Below, one piece after another: positions 10,610-19,357 of a stretch of 64,000 bases of DNA. Position 1 is the stretch's first letter; the number at the start of each line of letters is the position of its first letter. A program made the position numbers and the translations under genes. The notes below the pieces were generated by a model that was not told the origin of the DNA, ran no database searches, and saw nothing but the letters and a program-made list of their open reading frames with translations. The DNA is from Vicinamibacteria bacterium (GTDB lineage Bacteria; Acidobacteriota; Vicinamibacteria; Marinacidobacterales; Marinacidobacteraceae): assembly GCA_963555995.3 (NCBI GenBank), contig OY821641.1, forward strand, positions 896,001-960,000, in the 5' to 3' direction.

Positions 10610-13600
10610 ATGCACACTGGACGATTTCTTCGCACTTCGGCGGCCGCCGCCATGGCCGTCCTGCTCGCCGCGCCGCTCGCGCTCGGGCAGGGGAGCCATC
10701 GCGACTACGACGAGCACTTCGATGAAGCGAACGTCACGGTTCCGCCGGAGTACACCGAGGACATGCGGTTCCGCTCCGTCGGTTTCACCCGCGGCGGGCG
10801 CTCCACCGCGGCGACGGGAGTTCCGGGCGATCCGCTGACCTACTACTTCGGCGGCACCGGGGGCGGCGTCTTCAAGACGACCGACGCGGGGATCAACTGG
10901 ACGAACGTGAGCGACGGCTTCTTCGGCGTGGGCTCGGTGGGCTCCATCCGGGTGGCCCCCTCGGACACCAACGTCATCTACGTGGGCACCGGCTCCACCT
11001 CCACCCGGGGGAACATCTCGGTCGGGGACGGCATGTACCGCTCCGACGACGCGGGCCGGACCTGGGAGCACATCGGACTCCGGCACGCCGGCCAGATCGG
11101 CGCCCTCGCGATCCACCCGGAGGATTCCGACCTCGTGTACGCGGCGGCGCTCGGCTACATCTTCGGCCCCAACGACGAGCGCGGCATCTACCGGACGAAG
11201 GACGGCGGCGAGACCTGGGAGCAGGTGCTCCACATCTCCGACCGCACCGGTTTCGTGGAGATCCAGATGGATCCCAACAACCCGCGCATCCTCTACGCGG
11301 GCGCCTGGCGCGCCGAGCGGAAGCCGTGGACCATGATCTCGGGCAGCGAGGACGGCGGGATCTTCCGCAGCCGCGATGGCGGGGACACCTGGGAGCGGGT
11401 CGAGAACGGGCTTCCCACCGGCATGATCGGGAAGACCGCGGTCGCCATTTCGGCGGCGAACTCGGACCGCGTCTGGGTTCTCCTCGAAGCCGAAGGGGAG
11501 CGCGGCGGGCTGTACCGCTCGGACGACGGCGGCGAATCGTTCACCCGGATCAACGGCGACGCGGCCCTCCGGCAGCGTCCCTGGTACTACATCCACCTCT
11601 ACGCCGACACCCACGACGAGAACACCGTGTACGTGCTGAACGTGGCCTTCCACAAGTCCATTGACGGGGGACGGACGTTCCCCGAGCGCATCCGGGTGCC
11701 GCACGGCGACAACCACGATCTCTGGATCAACCCGGACAACCCGATGAACATGATCAACGCCAACGACGGCGGCGCCAACGTGTCGTTCGACGGCGGAAAG
11801 AGCTGGACCGACCAGATGGGGCAGGAGACCTCCGAGATGTACCGGGTGTACGTGGACGACCAGTGGCCCTACCGGATCTACGGTTCGCAGCAGGACAACA
11901 GCACCATCTCGGTGCCGTCCCGCGGCGGCTTCAGCGTGACGCCGGACTGGTACCAGGTCGGCGGCTGCGAGAGCGGCCACATCGCGGTGGACCCGCGCGA
12001 CCCGGACATCATCTACGCGGGCTGCTACGGCGGCTCCATCACCCGGGTGAACCGGAAGACAGGCGAGTTCCGGCAGATCCTCCACTACCCGCAGCTCCAG
12101 CTCGGCCAGGCGGCGCGGGACCTCAACTACCGCTTCCAGTGGAACGCGCCGATCCGGCTGTCGCCCCACGACCCGGACATCCTCTACCACGCCTCGCAGG
12201 TGGTCCACATGTCCCGCGACCAGGGCCAGAGCTGGCGGGTGATCAGCCCCGACCTGACCACCAACAACCCCGAGCACCAGGACTACGCCGGGGGGCCGAT
12301 CACCCGCGACGGCACCGGCGTCGAGGTCTACAACACCCTCTTCTCGTTCGAGGAGTCGCCCCACACGCCCGCCGAGCTGTGGGCGGGCAGCGACGACGGC
12401 CGCGTCCACATCTCGCGTGACCGCGGCGACACGTGGACCGAGATCACCCCCGCGGACATGCCCGAAGGGGGCACCGTCAACGTCATCGAGATGTCCTCGC
12501 ACGACCCCGCGCGGGTGTTCATCGCGGTGTACCGCTACCGGGAGAATGACTTCCGGCCCTACATCTTCCGGACGAACGACTCCGGCGCGAGCTGGGACCT
12601 GCTGACCGACGGCACGAACGGCATCCCGCCGACGCACTTCACCCGCGCCATCCGCGAGGACCACGACAAGAAGGGACTGCTCTACGCGGGGACCGAGTTC
12701 GGGCTCTACGTCTCCTTCGACGACGGCGTCCACTGGCAGCGCTTCCAGAACAACCTCCCAATCAGCCCGATCACCGACCTGCAGGTGCACCGCAAGGACC
12801 TGGTGATCGCGACCCAGGGCCGGTCCTTCTGGGTGCTCGACGACCTCAGCCCGCTCCACCAGATCACCGACGAGACGATGGCCGCGGACTCCGTCCTCTA
12901 CGCCCCCCGCACCGCCTACCGGGGCGGCTTCGGCGGCGGCGCCGACATCCGGTACCACCTCAAGGAGCAACCCGAGTCGGCCATCACCCTCGAGATCCTG
13001 GACTCCGACGGCAACCCGGTGCGCAAGGTCACCGGCCAACCCGGCGCGGCGGCCCCGACTGGTCCCGTCTCCCCCTTCGCGGCCTTCTTCGGCGGCGGCC
13101 CGGGCGCCCGGCTCCCGGCCGCGGCGGGGCTCAACGCGTTCCGCTGGAACCTGCGCAGCGAGGGCATCCAGCGCCCCGCCGGCGTCGTCCACTGGGGCGG
13201 CACCCCGGGCCTCTCGGTCCTCCCGGGCGCCTACGAGGTCCGGCTGACCGTCGGCGAGGAGACCCACACCCAGCCGCTCGAAGTGGCGCTCAACCCGAAC
13301 CTCTCCTCCACCGCCGAGGACCTCGCGAAACAGCGCGAGCTCGGCGAGACCGTCGCCGGCGAGATCACCAAGCTCTTCGACGCGCTCACCCGGCTCCGCG
13401 ACGTCAAGACCCAGGCCGGAGACATCGTCGGCCGCCTCACGAAGGCCGGGAAGGCCGACGAAGAGCTCGGCGCCCTCAGCAAGGCGCTCACCGACCGCCT
13501 CACCGAGATCGAGGAGACCATCACCCAGACGAACAGCAAGTCCTCCCAGGACCCGATCAACTTCCCCCCGCAGATTGACAACCAGCTGGTCACCCTCTAC

Positions 13601-13789
13601 GGCTACATCGTCCAGGGCGACTACGAACCCACCGCCGGCGCCTACGAACGCTTCGACGACCTCAAGCCCGGCCTCGACGCCATCCACACCGACCTCGAAG
13701 CCGCCATGACCGAACACCTCACCCCCTTCAACGCCCGCGTAGCCACCCTCGGCATCCCCGCCGTCCTAGTCGCCACCGAGGAGAACTGA
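10610..13789 (+). CDS. Secreted BNR/Asp-box (VPS10/sortilin-like) beta-propeller protein, glycosyl-hydrolase-like
   Basis: Signal peptide, repeated SxDxGxTW Asp-boxes, HGDNHDLWINP, RFQWNAPI, LYAGTEFG. Confidence 0.88.
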   Translation: MHTGRFLRTSAAAAMAVLLAAPLALGQGSHRDYDEHFDEANVTVPPEYTEDMRFRSVGFTRGGRSTAATGVPGDPLTYYFGGTGGGVFKTTDAGINWTNVSDGFFGVGSVGSIRVAPSDTNVIYVGTGSTSTRGNISVGDGMYRSDDAGRTWEHIGLRHAGQIGALAIHPEDSDLVYAAALGYIFGPNDERGIYRTKDGGETWEQVLHISDRTGFVEIQMDPNNPRILYAGAWRAERKPWTMISGSEDGGIFRSRDGGDTWERVENGLPTGMIGKTAVAISAANSDRVWVLLEAEGERGGLYRSDDGGESFTRINGDAALRQRPWYYIHLYADTHDENTVYVLNVAFHKSIDGGRTFPERIRVPHGDNHDLWINPDNPMNMINANDGGANVSFDGGKSWTDQMGQETSEMYRVYVDDQWPYRIYGSQQDNSTISVPSRGGFSVTPDWYQVGGCESGHIAVDPRDPDIIYAGCYGGSITRVNRKTGEFRQILHYPQLQLGQAARDLNYRFQWNAPIRLSPHDPDILYHASQVVHMSRDQGQSWRVISPDLTTNNPEHQDYAGGPITRDGTGVEVYNTLFSFEESPHTPAELWAGSDDGRVHISRDRGDTWTEITPADMPEGGTVNVIEMSSHDPARVFIAVYRYRENDFRPYIFRTNDSGASWDLLTDGTNGIPPTHFTRAIREDHDKKGLLYAGTEFGLYVSFDDGVHWQRFQNNLPISPITDLQVHRKDLVIATQGRSFWVLDDLSPLHQITDETMAADSVLYAPRTAYRGGFGGGADIRYHLKEQPESAITLEILDSDGNPVRKVTGQPGAAAPTGPVSPFAAFFGGGPGARLPAAAGLNAFRWNLRSEGIQRPAGVVHWGGTPGLSVLPGAYEVRLTVGEETHTQPLEVALNPNLSSTAEDLAKQRELGETVAGEITKLFDALTRLRDVKTQAGDIVGRLTKAGKADEELGALSKALTDRLTEIEETITQTNSKSSQDPINFPPQIDNQLVTLYGYIVQGDYEPTAGAYERFDDLKPGLDAIHTDLEAAMTEHLTPFNARVATLGIPAVLVATEEN

Positions 13790-13837
13790 CCCACAGTGCC
13801 CCCGCAGCGCCGTGAGTGAAGAAGGACGCGCCGGCTT

Positions 13838-14103
13838 GGAACGCCGGCTTCAGCCGGCATCGTCCCGCGCCAGCGGGGCGACCGCGTCGCGGTTGGCTGT
13901 CCGGCCCCGCGACGAGACAGCTTGGAGCGCCGACCTCCGGTCGGCATCGCGCGGAAGCGCGAAACAGGAGGAACCACTCCGGAGTTCGGTCCTTCCCGCC
14001 GCCCGCCTTCGGCGGGCTGTGCCGACCGGAGGTCGGCGTTCCAAGCCGGCAGCGCCATCACGGCGCTCGGCCGACCCGCGGGACTGCACTTACACAGCAA
14101 ACC
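13838..14103. repeat. REP cluster with doublet (13924-14042) and a terminal motif GACTGCACTTACACAGCAAACC
   Basis: GGAACGCCGGCTTCAGCCGGCA at 13838, GGAGCGCCGACCTCCGGTCGGCA at 13924 and its inverse ending at 14042. Confidence 0.82.
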
Positions 14104-14176
14104 TGCGCCATGGTGCTGCGCGATGCCCGGTTGGGGCGGCCGGGGAGACGGAGCCGATGACCCGAGGAGTCGAAGA

Positions 14177-14572
14177 ATGGACGATTTAATCGCTGCCATC
14201 GTGGATGTGCGCGACAAGCTCCGCCGGGGCGTGTTTTCCAACGAAGATCAGGTATCGAAGGGAGTGGTCATGCGACTGCTTCAGCAACTCGGCTGGGATG
14301 TCTACGACCCGACCCAAGTGAGTTCCGAGTTCAAGATTGGCAACAGGAAGGTGGATTACGCCTTGAGGCACGGACCCTTGGGATCCGCCGTTCTGATTGA
14401 GGTCAAGGATGTGGGCAAAGCAACCCCGGCGGGCGAAGATCAGCTCTTTGACTACTGCTTCCGCGAAGGTGTCCCACTGGCGGTGTTGACCGATGGTGGC
14501 GTGTGGAACTTCTACCGGTCGGCTGGCCGGGGCAGCTACGAGCAGAGGCGCTTCGCCGTAACGGCCCTAGAG
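14177..14572 (+). pseudogene. 5' half of an HsdR_N-type PD-(D/E)xK nuclease gene, interrupted by IS256
   Basis: NEDQV..LLQQLGWDV..EF..KVDYAL..LIEVK..QLFDY..AVLTDG.VWNFY. The frame runs into the IS terminal repeat. Confidence 0.8.
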
Positions 14573-15963
14573 GAGAGCTATGTCCGAAAGTGGGTGACGG
14601 CATGATCAGGCGGCGGCGCGGGTTTCGGTTTCGTCGGCCTGGATGCCGTCGGTGAACTGGACGCCCTCGATGACCTGGGTCAGTTTGTCGTAGCCGTTGA
14701 GCCGACGCCAGGTTTCGCTGGCGGCGGTGACCAGCTTGAAGACCATCGCCAGCGCGGTTCGGTGGGAGAGGCATCCCTTGCTGCGAACGGTGCGATGGCG
14801 GACGGTGGCGAACACGCTCTCGATGGGGTTGGTGGTGCGGATGTGCTGCCAGTGCTCGGCGGGGAAGTCGTAGAACGCGAGCAGCGCCTCCTGGTCCTTG
14901 GTCAGGCAACGAACGGCTTCCCCGTATTTCGCCTGGTATTTGGCGGCGAAGGTGTCGAGCGCCTTCTCCGCCTTCTTGCGGCTCTCCGCCATCCAGATCT
15001 GGTGGAGGTCCTGCTTCGCGTTGCGTTGCCGGGACTTGGGCAACTTGTTCAGCACGTTCGCCGTCTTGTGGACCCAGCAGCGCTGCCGGCGGGTCTTGGG
15101 GAAGACCTCGTCCAGCGCCTTCCAGAAGCCCAGCGCACCATCCCCGATCGCCAGCTCCGGGGAGACTTCGAGGCCGCGCCCACGCAGGTCCACCAGTAGC
15201 TCCCGCCAACTCTGGGCGCTCTCCCGGAACCCGGCCTGGAACCCCAACAGTTCCTTCTTGCCCTCCGGGGTGGCGCCGATGAGCACCAGAACGCACTGCT
15301 TCTCGTCTTCCAGCCGGCCCTGCAGGTAGATCCCGTCCGCCCAGACGTAGACATACCGCCGACCCGAGAGATCCCGCCCCCGCCAGCGCTCGTGCTCCGC
15401 CTCCCATGCCGACTTCAGCCGGCCGATCACCCCCGGCGACAGCCCCGATGCCCCCGAGCCCAACAGCTCCGACAGCGCCTCCCCGAAGTCCCCGCTCGAA
15501 ACCCCCAGCAGATACAGCGTCGGCAGCGCCGCGTCCAGCGAGCGCGTCCGCCGCGCGAACCGCGGCAGAAGCCTCGACGAGAACCGAATCCGGTCCTCCC
15601 CGCTGTCCCCGCGATCCCGGACCTTCGGCCGCCGCACCGGAACCGGCCCGATCCCCGTCAGGATCGTCCGCTCCGGGCCGTGGCCGTGACGCACCAGACG
15701 CCGAACTCCGGTTGCCGTCCGATGATCCTCGTACGCCGCCAGCAGGGCAGCCACCTCCGCCTCCACGGCGTGCCGCACCAACTCGCGGGCGCCCGCTCGA
15801 AGAACCTCCGTCAGCGGGTCCTCAACCCCCTCTGGCGAGGGAAGGCGAACAACAGTACTCTCCTTCATGGCGTATCACTCCTCCTTGGAGATGTGGAAGG
15901 TCAGCAACCCCCACGATACGCCACCCCCTTCTCAGCCGTCACCCACTTTCGGACATAGCTCCC
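14573..15963 (-). mobile_element. IS256-family insertion sequence
   Basis: Perfect 27-bp TIRs GAGCTATGTCCGAAAGTGGGTGACGGC (14575-14601 / 15935-15961) enclosing one transposase. No target duplication visible. Confidence 0.93.
14606..15868 (-). CDS. IS256-family (Mutator-type) DDE transposase
   Basis: YVWADGIY, RESAQSWRELL, AIGDGALGFWKAL, QRCWVHK, HIRTTNPIES. Confidence 0.96.
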   Translation of the reverse strand: MKESTVVRLPSPEGVEDPLTEVLRAGARELVRHAVEAEVAALLAAYEDHRTATGVRRLVRHGHGPERTILTGIGPVPVRRPKVRDRGDSGEDRIRFSSRLLPRFARRTRSLDAALPTLYLLGVSSGDFGEALSELLGSGASGLSPGVIGRLKSAWEAEHERWRGRDLSGRRYVYVWADGIYLQGRLEDEKQCVLVLIGATPEGKKELLGFQAGFRESAQSWRELLVDLRGRGLEVSPELAIGDGALGFWKALDEVFPKTRRQRCWVHKTANVLNKLPKSRQRNAKQDLHQIWMAESRKKAEKALDTFAAKYQAKYGEAVRCLTKDQEALLAFYDFPAEHWQHIRTTNPIESVFATVRHRTVRSKGCLSHRTALAMVFKLVTAASETWRRLNGYDKLTQVIEGVQFTDGIQADETETRAAA

Positions 15964-16618
15964 ATCACGGTGCGCCGAGACGCTGAGCCGCTATCTCGCT
16001 TTCGAGGCTGTTCGGTCGGGTCAGTTCGAGAAAGACGTGCAGGGTGACTACGAGGGGCACCAGCGTCAGATCGTGGCGAAGGAACAGATTCCGGACGTGT
16101 TCCGACTGTTGATCGAAGGGGCGGACGTACGCGTCGTTGCCGCAATTGCGGAGGAGGTGGAGGAGCACTGCGGTATTCGTCCGGAGGAGGAGACGGTTCG
16201 TCGCTATCTGCGGCGTGTGGTTCTGTCCAATCCGGAGCCGAGGCCCGTGCCAACACCACAACCCGGTCCTACGCTTGGTAAGCGTCCGGAACTGACCGTT
16301 GGTGGTGAGACGAAAACCTTCCGGACCAACCGGGAATGCCTGATTGAGGTCTTTGAGACTCTGGCGACACGTGATCCGACGTTTTGCGAGCGTTACAGCA
16401 CCAGACGCGTTCACGTGCGTCGACGTCGTCAAGACTTGTCGCCGAGGCAACAGAAATACGCGCAGCAACTCCGGAGTGGCTGGTGGATCGGGACAGGTGG
16501 CCAGATCGAAACGAAGTACCAGCAAGTGCGAACTGCCTGTGATGTGGCGGGGATCGAATACGAACGTGATCTGACGGTACTGTTCGTCAAGGGGCCGAAA
16601 TGGAGCCGTGCCCGTTGA
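15962..16618 (+). pseudogene. 3' half of the interrupted nuclease gene, with a SeqA-like C-terminal domain
   Basis: Open frame starts right after the IS (PSRCAETLSRYLAFEAVRSG...) and continues into ORF 16037..16618. C-terminus reads LIEVFETLATRDPTFCERY...SGWWIGT...ACDVAGIEY. Confidence 0.72.
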
Positions 16619-16745
16619 AGTGAATCCGGAGTAGCTTGCGCAACGCGGCGGCCTGCCGACTCCAAGGCCGCCTAGGCGTCACCACTGGTATTCGGCCCGC
16701 ACCTGAACACACGACCCGGAAGGAGATGAGGGGCAGGAGTGAGCG

Positions 16746-16932
16746 ATGAGCCCGCGCATCGCACGCCGGAGCGCGCCGGGGCGACTCGGAGCGATAGTCG
16801 GAACGCGCTTCGCGGCTGGCCGCGCCCTCCATCCGGACCTGATCCGGCCGCCCCGGGTCCAAGTTCGGCAATGTCTTCGGTATCGTCAGTCCCGCCACTG
16901 CCGCCTTCGAAACGGCCCCGACCGATTCGCGG
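16746..16932 (+). pseudogene. Decayed 5' fragment of an LD-carboxypeptidase, paralog of 21152-22207
   Basis: DNA CCGGACCTGATCCGGCCGCCCCGG...TTCGGTATCGTCAGTCCCGCCACTGCCGCCTTCGAAAC aligns by eye to about 21266-21345. Frameshift near 16862. AGGAG RBS and ATG retained. Confidence 0.8.
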
Positions 16933-16985
16933 CTCCCTCAATCCGGGGGCCGGTGTAGTGTCTTCCGCCGGAGAGGCCCCGCCAT

Positions 16986-17264
16986 TTGAGGAAATCAGAT
17001 TCGCCCGCGCAGACCGGCTCGGAACCGATTCCCGGGTCATTCCGTCCGGGTCGGCTCTTTGGGAGTACGTTGGATGGCGTGCGGGTCATTGCCTCGTTCG
17101 CCGTCAATCTCTTTGGTTCCGGCTCTCGGGGCCGGTACGAGTCCTGGTACCGGCCGACAAGCCTCGCCGGCGACTTCGAGCGCGTTGGCCAGGACTTCTG
17201 GGCGGCTATCGAAGCGAATGGCCCACGCGTTGAAGAAGTTGAAGAAGAACAGAGGGTCCGGTAG
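16986..17264 (+). CDS. Small hypothetical protein
   Basis: GGAGAGG RBS and TTG start. Motif SLAGDFERVGQDFWAAI recalls small proteins found upstream of DUF2335 genes. Confidence 0.5.
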   Translation: MRKSDSPAQTGSEPIPGSFRPGRLFGSTLDGVRVIASFAVNLFGSGSRGRYESWYRPTSLAGDFERVGQDFWAAIEANGPRVEEVEEEQRVR

Positions 17265-17375
17265 CGAGCGCCCACTCGCGCGAGAACCGTCGCCGGGTTC
17301 GTCCGTTGGGGTCGGCCCGGATCCTTCGGGCTCCACGATTGGCGATCCACCGCGCCGTTGATGTGGGGCGGGACC

Positions 17376-18401
17376 TCAGTCGGAGCGTCGCGCGCGGTAG
17401 GCCTGGTCGGGGTGGTTGGGGTTCTCCGGATACTTGAGGACCAACGCGCCCTCGTCCACCAGCACGCGGAGGTGGCGCTGGACGAGGCTCGGCTGGTGCA
17501 TCTGGAGCCAGCGCGCCAGGTCGGCGGCCGTGGTCCACTCGCGGAACTGGCAGATCTGCTGGATCAAGGGGTGCAGGACCTGCCGCGGTGTCCGCTGACC
17601 GAGTGCCAGCACGTTGGGTCGCAGAACCGGTGGCAAGCCTTCGAGGCGTGCTTCCCGTACGGCCCCGGGCGTCCTGGACTCCGCCTCGGCCGGGGCGGGG
17701 GAGCGTTCGGCCTTCTCCGGGGTGGGCGCCGGAACCGGAGCGCGCGGCTCCGGTTCGGAAGGCTCCTCCTCGGGAGGTTCCGGTGCGGGCTGCGGCGGCG
17801 GACGGCTGGGGACCTCCGGGCGGGGTGCGGGTTCTGGCGCGGGCTTCCGCGTTTCGGCGGTCGACGCTCTGCCGGCCGGGGGAAGGGGCTTCGCCGCCGG
17901 CTGGTCCTGTTCCCCCGAGTCGTCGCGGCTCTCCCGCTCGGGGAGGATGGACAGGGGCTCGTCGGCGTGGGAGCGGGGGCCGAAGAAGGAGAGGAACGTC
18001 CGCAGTACTCCGGCGCCCGCCTCCATCTGCGCGCCGATCCGTTTGCCGGCGTCCCCCGTCTCCTTGATCGCCTCCTGGGTTCTGGTGGACTTGCCCTCGG
18101 GGTCGCGGAACGCGCGCGCTCCGGCGGCGGTCCGGGCGCCCAGCGCCTGGAGCAGCGCGCCGACCCAGGCCAGCGCGCGGGCGAGGTGGCGGAGCGCCTT
18201 GACGGTCGGTTCGCGCTGCCTCTTGAGGAACGTCCACATCTTCGGGATGCGGGAGAACAGGAAGGGGACCCAGCTCCACGCTTGGCGGAGCCGGGGACGG
18301 GGTTTGCGAACCCAGGCGCGGATCGCCTCAAGACCGGGAGGTGGCTCCTCCGGCTCCTGAAACAGGCGGAAACGGGAGGGATCGTCGGCCACGGACTCCA
18401 T
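17376..18401 (-). CDS. Hypothetical protein: amphipathic N-terminus, Pro/Glu-rich linker, C-terminal winged HTH (Fic-like/RecG-associated C-terminal type)
   Basis: C-terminus LIQQICQFREWTTAADLARWLQMHQPSLVQRHLRVLVDEGALVLKYPENPNHPDQAYR matches the 'LxxLVxxGxLxLxYPxxPNHPxQAY' wHTH. Confidence 0.75.
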   Translation of the reverse strand: MESVADDPSRFRLFQEPEEPPPGLEAIRAWVRKPRPRLRQAWSWVPFLFSRIPKMWTFLKRQREPTVKALRHLARALAWVGALLQALGARTAAGARAFRDPEGKSTRTQEAIKETGDAGKRIGAQMEAGAGVLRTFLSFFGPRSHADEPLSILPERESRDDSGEQDQPAAKPLPPAGRASTAETRKPAPEPAPRPEVPSRPPPQPAPEPPEEEPSEPEPRAPVPAPTPEKAERSPAPAEAESRTPGAVREARLEGLPPVLRPNVLALGQRTPRQVLHPLIQQICQFREWTTAADLARWLQMHQPSLVQRHLRVLVDEGALVLKYPENPNHPDQAYRARRSD

Positions 18402-18950
18402 GCGTCAGCGCGCCGTGGAATCGTACCGGTTGTCGAGGGAACTCCACGCACTAACCGACTCGGAGGGTGGGAAGTCCACGCATTACGGGGGTCTGTGGGC
18501 GGGGAACTCCATGCATTGGGAGAGCCGGTTGGCGGGAACTCCCAGCACTGGCCGGATCTGCGGACGGGAGGTCCACGCACTGCGGGGGTCTGTTGACCGG
18601 GGACTCCATGCAGTAGGAGAGCCGGTTGGCGGGAACTCCCAGCACTGGCCGGATCTGTGGGCGGGAGGTCCACGCACTGCGGGGGTCCGTTGGCGGGGGA
18701 CTCCATGCAGTAGGAGAGCCGGTTGGCGGGGACTCCCAGCACTGGCCGGGTCTGCGGGCGGGAAGTCCACGCACTGCGGGGGTCTGTTGGCGAGGGACTC
18801 CATGCAGTAGGAGAGCCGGTTGGCGGGAACTCCCAGCACTGGCCGGGTCTCCGGGCGGGAACTCCACGCACTACGAAGGTCTGCTGGTGGGGGACTCCAT
18901 GCATTAGGAGACTCGGTTGGCGCAACGGGGAGCGAAACTCCCAGCGCTGA
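18390..18950. repeat. Phased direct-repeat array: 16-bp core, approximately GGGRASTCCMHGCANT, 97-bp higher-order unit
   Basis: Cores at 18437, 18469, 18502, 18534, 18566, 18599, 18631, 18663, 18696, 18728, 18760, 18793, 18825, 18857, 18890. Degenerate copies near 18391 and 18933. Confidence 0.93.
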
Positions 18951-19056
18951 TTTGTCGCGTGGTGGAACGCCGCGCTTAATGGGGCAACGCCACATGGCCA
19001 GCTGCCGAAAAAGAGTCCTGTGGTTCCGCCAGGGGCCGCGAGGGCGCCAGCGGCTT

Positions 19057-19323
19057 GGAGCGCCGGCTTCAGCCGGCACCCGCTGCGCGGAGCGCAGCGG
19101 ACTGCACGACGGAGGCCCGCGCGATGGCGTTCGACCCCTGGTCCATCACCGCAAACAGCGCGACGACGTCCGCGGGCCTTTGGCCCGCGGTGCCGGCTGA
19201 AGCCGGCGTTCCAAGCCGTTTCCGCCACAACGCCACACGGATTGGCGCAACGCGATGCGGCCACGTAACACCGGGAGTGTCGCCCGCTGTGCGGGCGATG
19301 CCGGTCTGAAGACCGGCGCTCCC
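19057..19323. repeat. REPIN-like doublet (19057-19212) plus a single REP (19299-19323)
   Basis: GGAGCGCCGGCTTCAGCCGGCA ... TGCCGGCTGAAGCCGGCGTTCC around the conserved cargo. Confidence 0.87.
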
Positions 19324-19357
19324 CCCTGGCGCCGGTCGCGCGGATGGATAATCCCGG

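Noticed and set aside
9380-13717. 1445-aa minus-strand ORF, and similar long antisense ORFs (40258-42795, 42611-45190, 47266-49716, 28789-31095)
   Set aside because: These are shadow frames opposite well-supported genes, expected from high-GC codon bias.
13200-13789. Strongly C-rich 3' end of the BNR-repeat gene
   Set aside because: Explained by C-ending codon preference. The frame is intact and there is no boundary signal.
18437-18905. CRISPR or TIGR-type guide array
   Set aside because: Spacers are only 16-17 bp and recur in three fixed classes. The repeats are short and degenerate. No cas or Nop-domain gene is in the window.
18400-19200. ORFs across the repeat array (18400-18810, 18451-18867, 18483-19079 and others)
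   Set aside because: The 97-bp period shifts frame every unit, giving mosaic translations with no consistent protein repeat.
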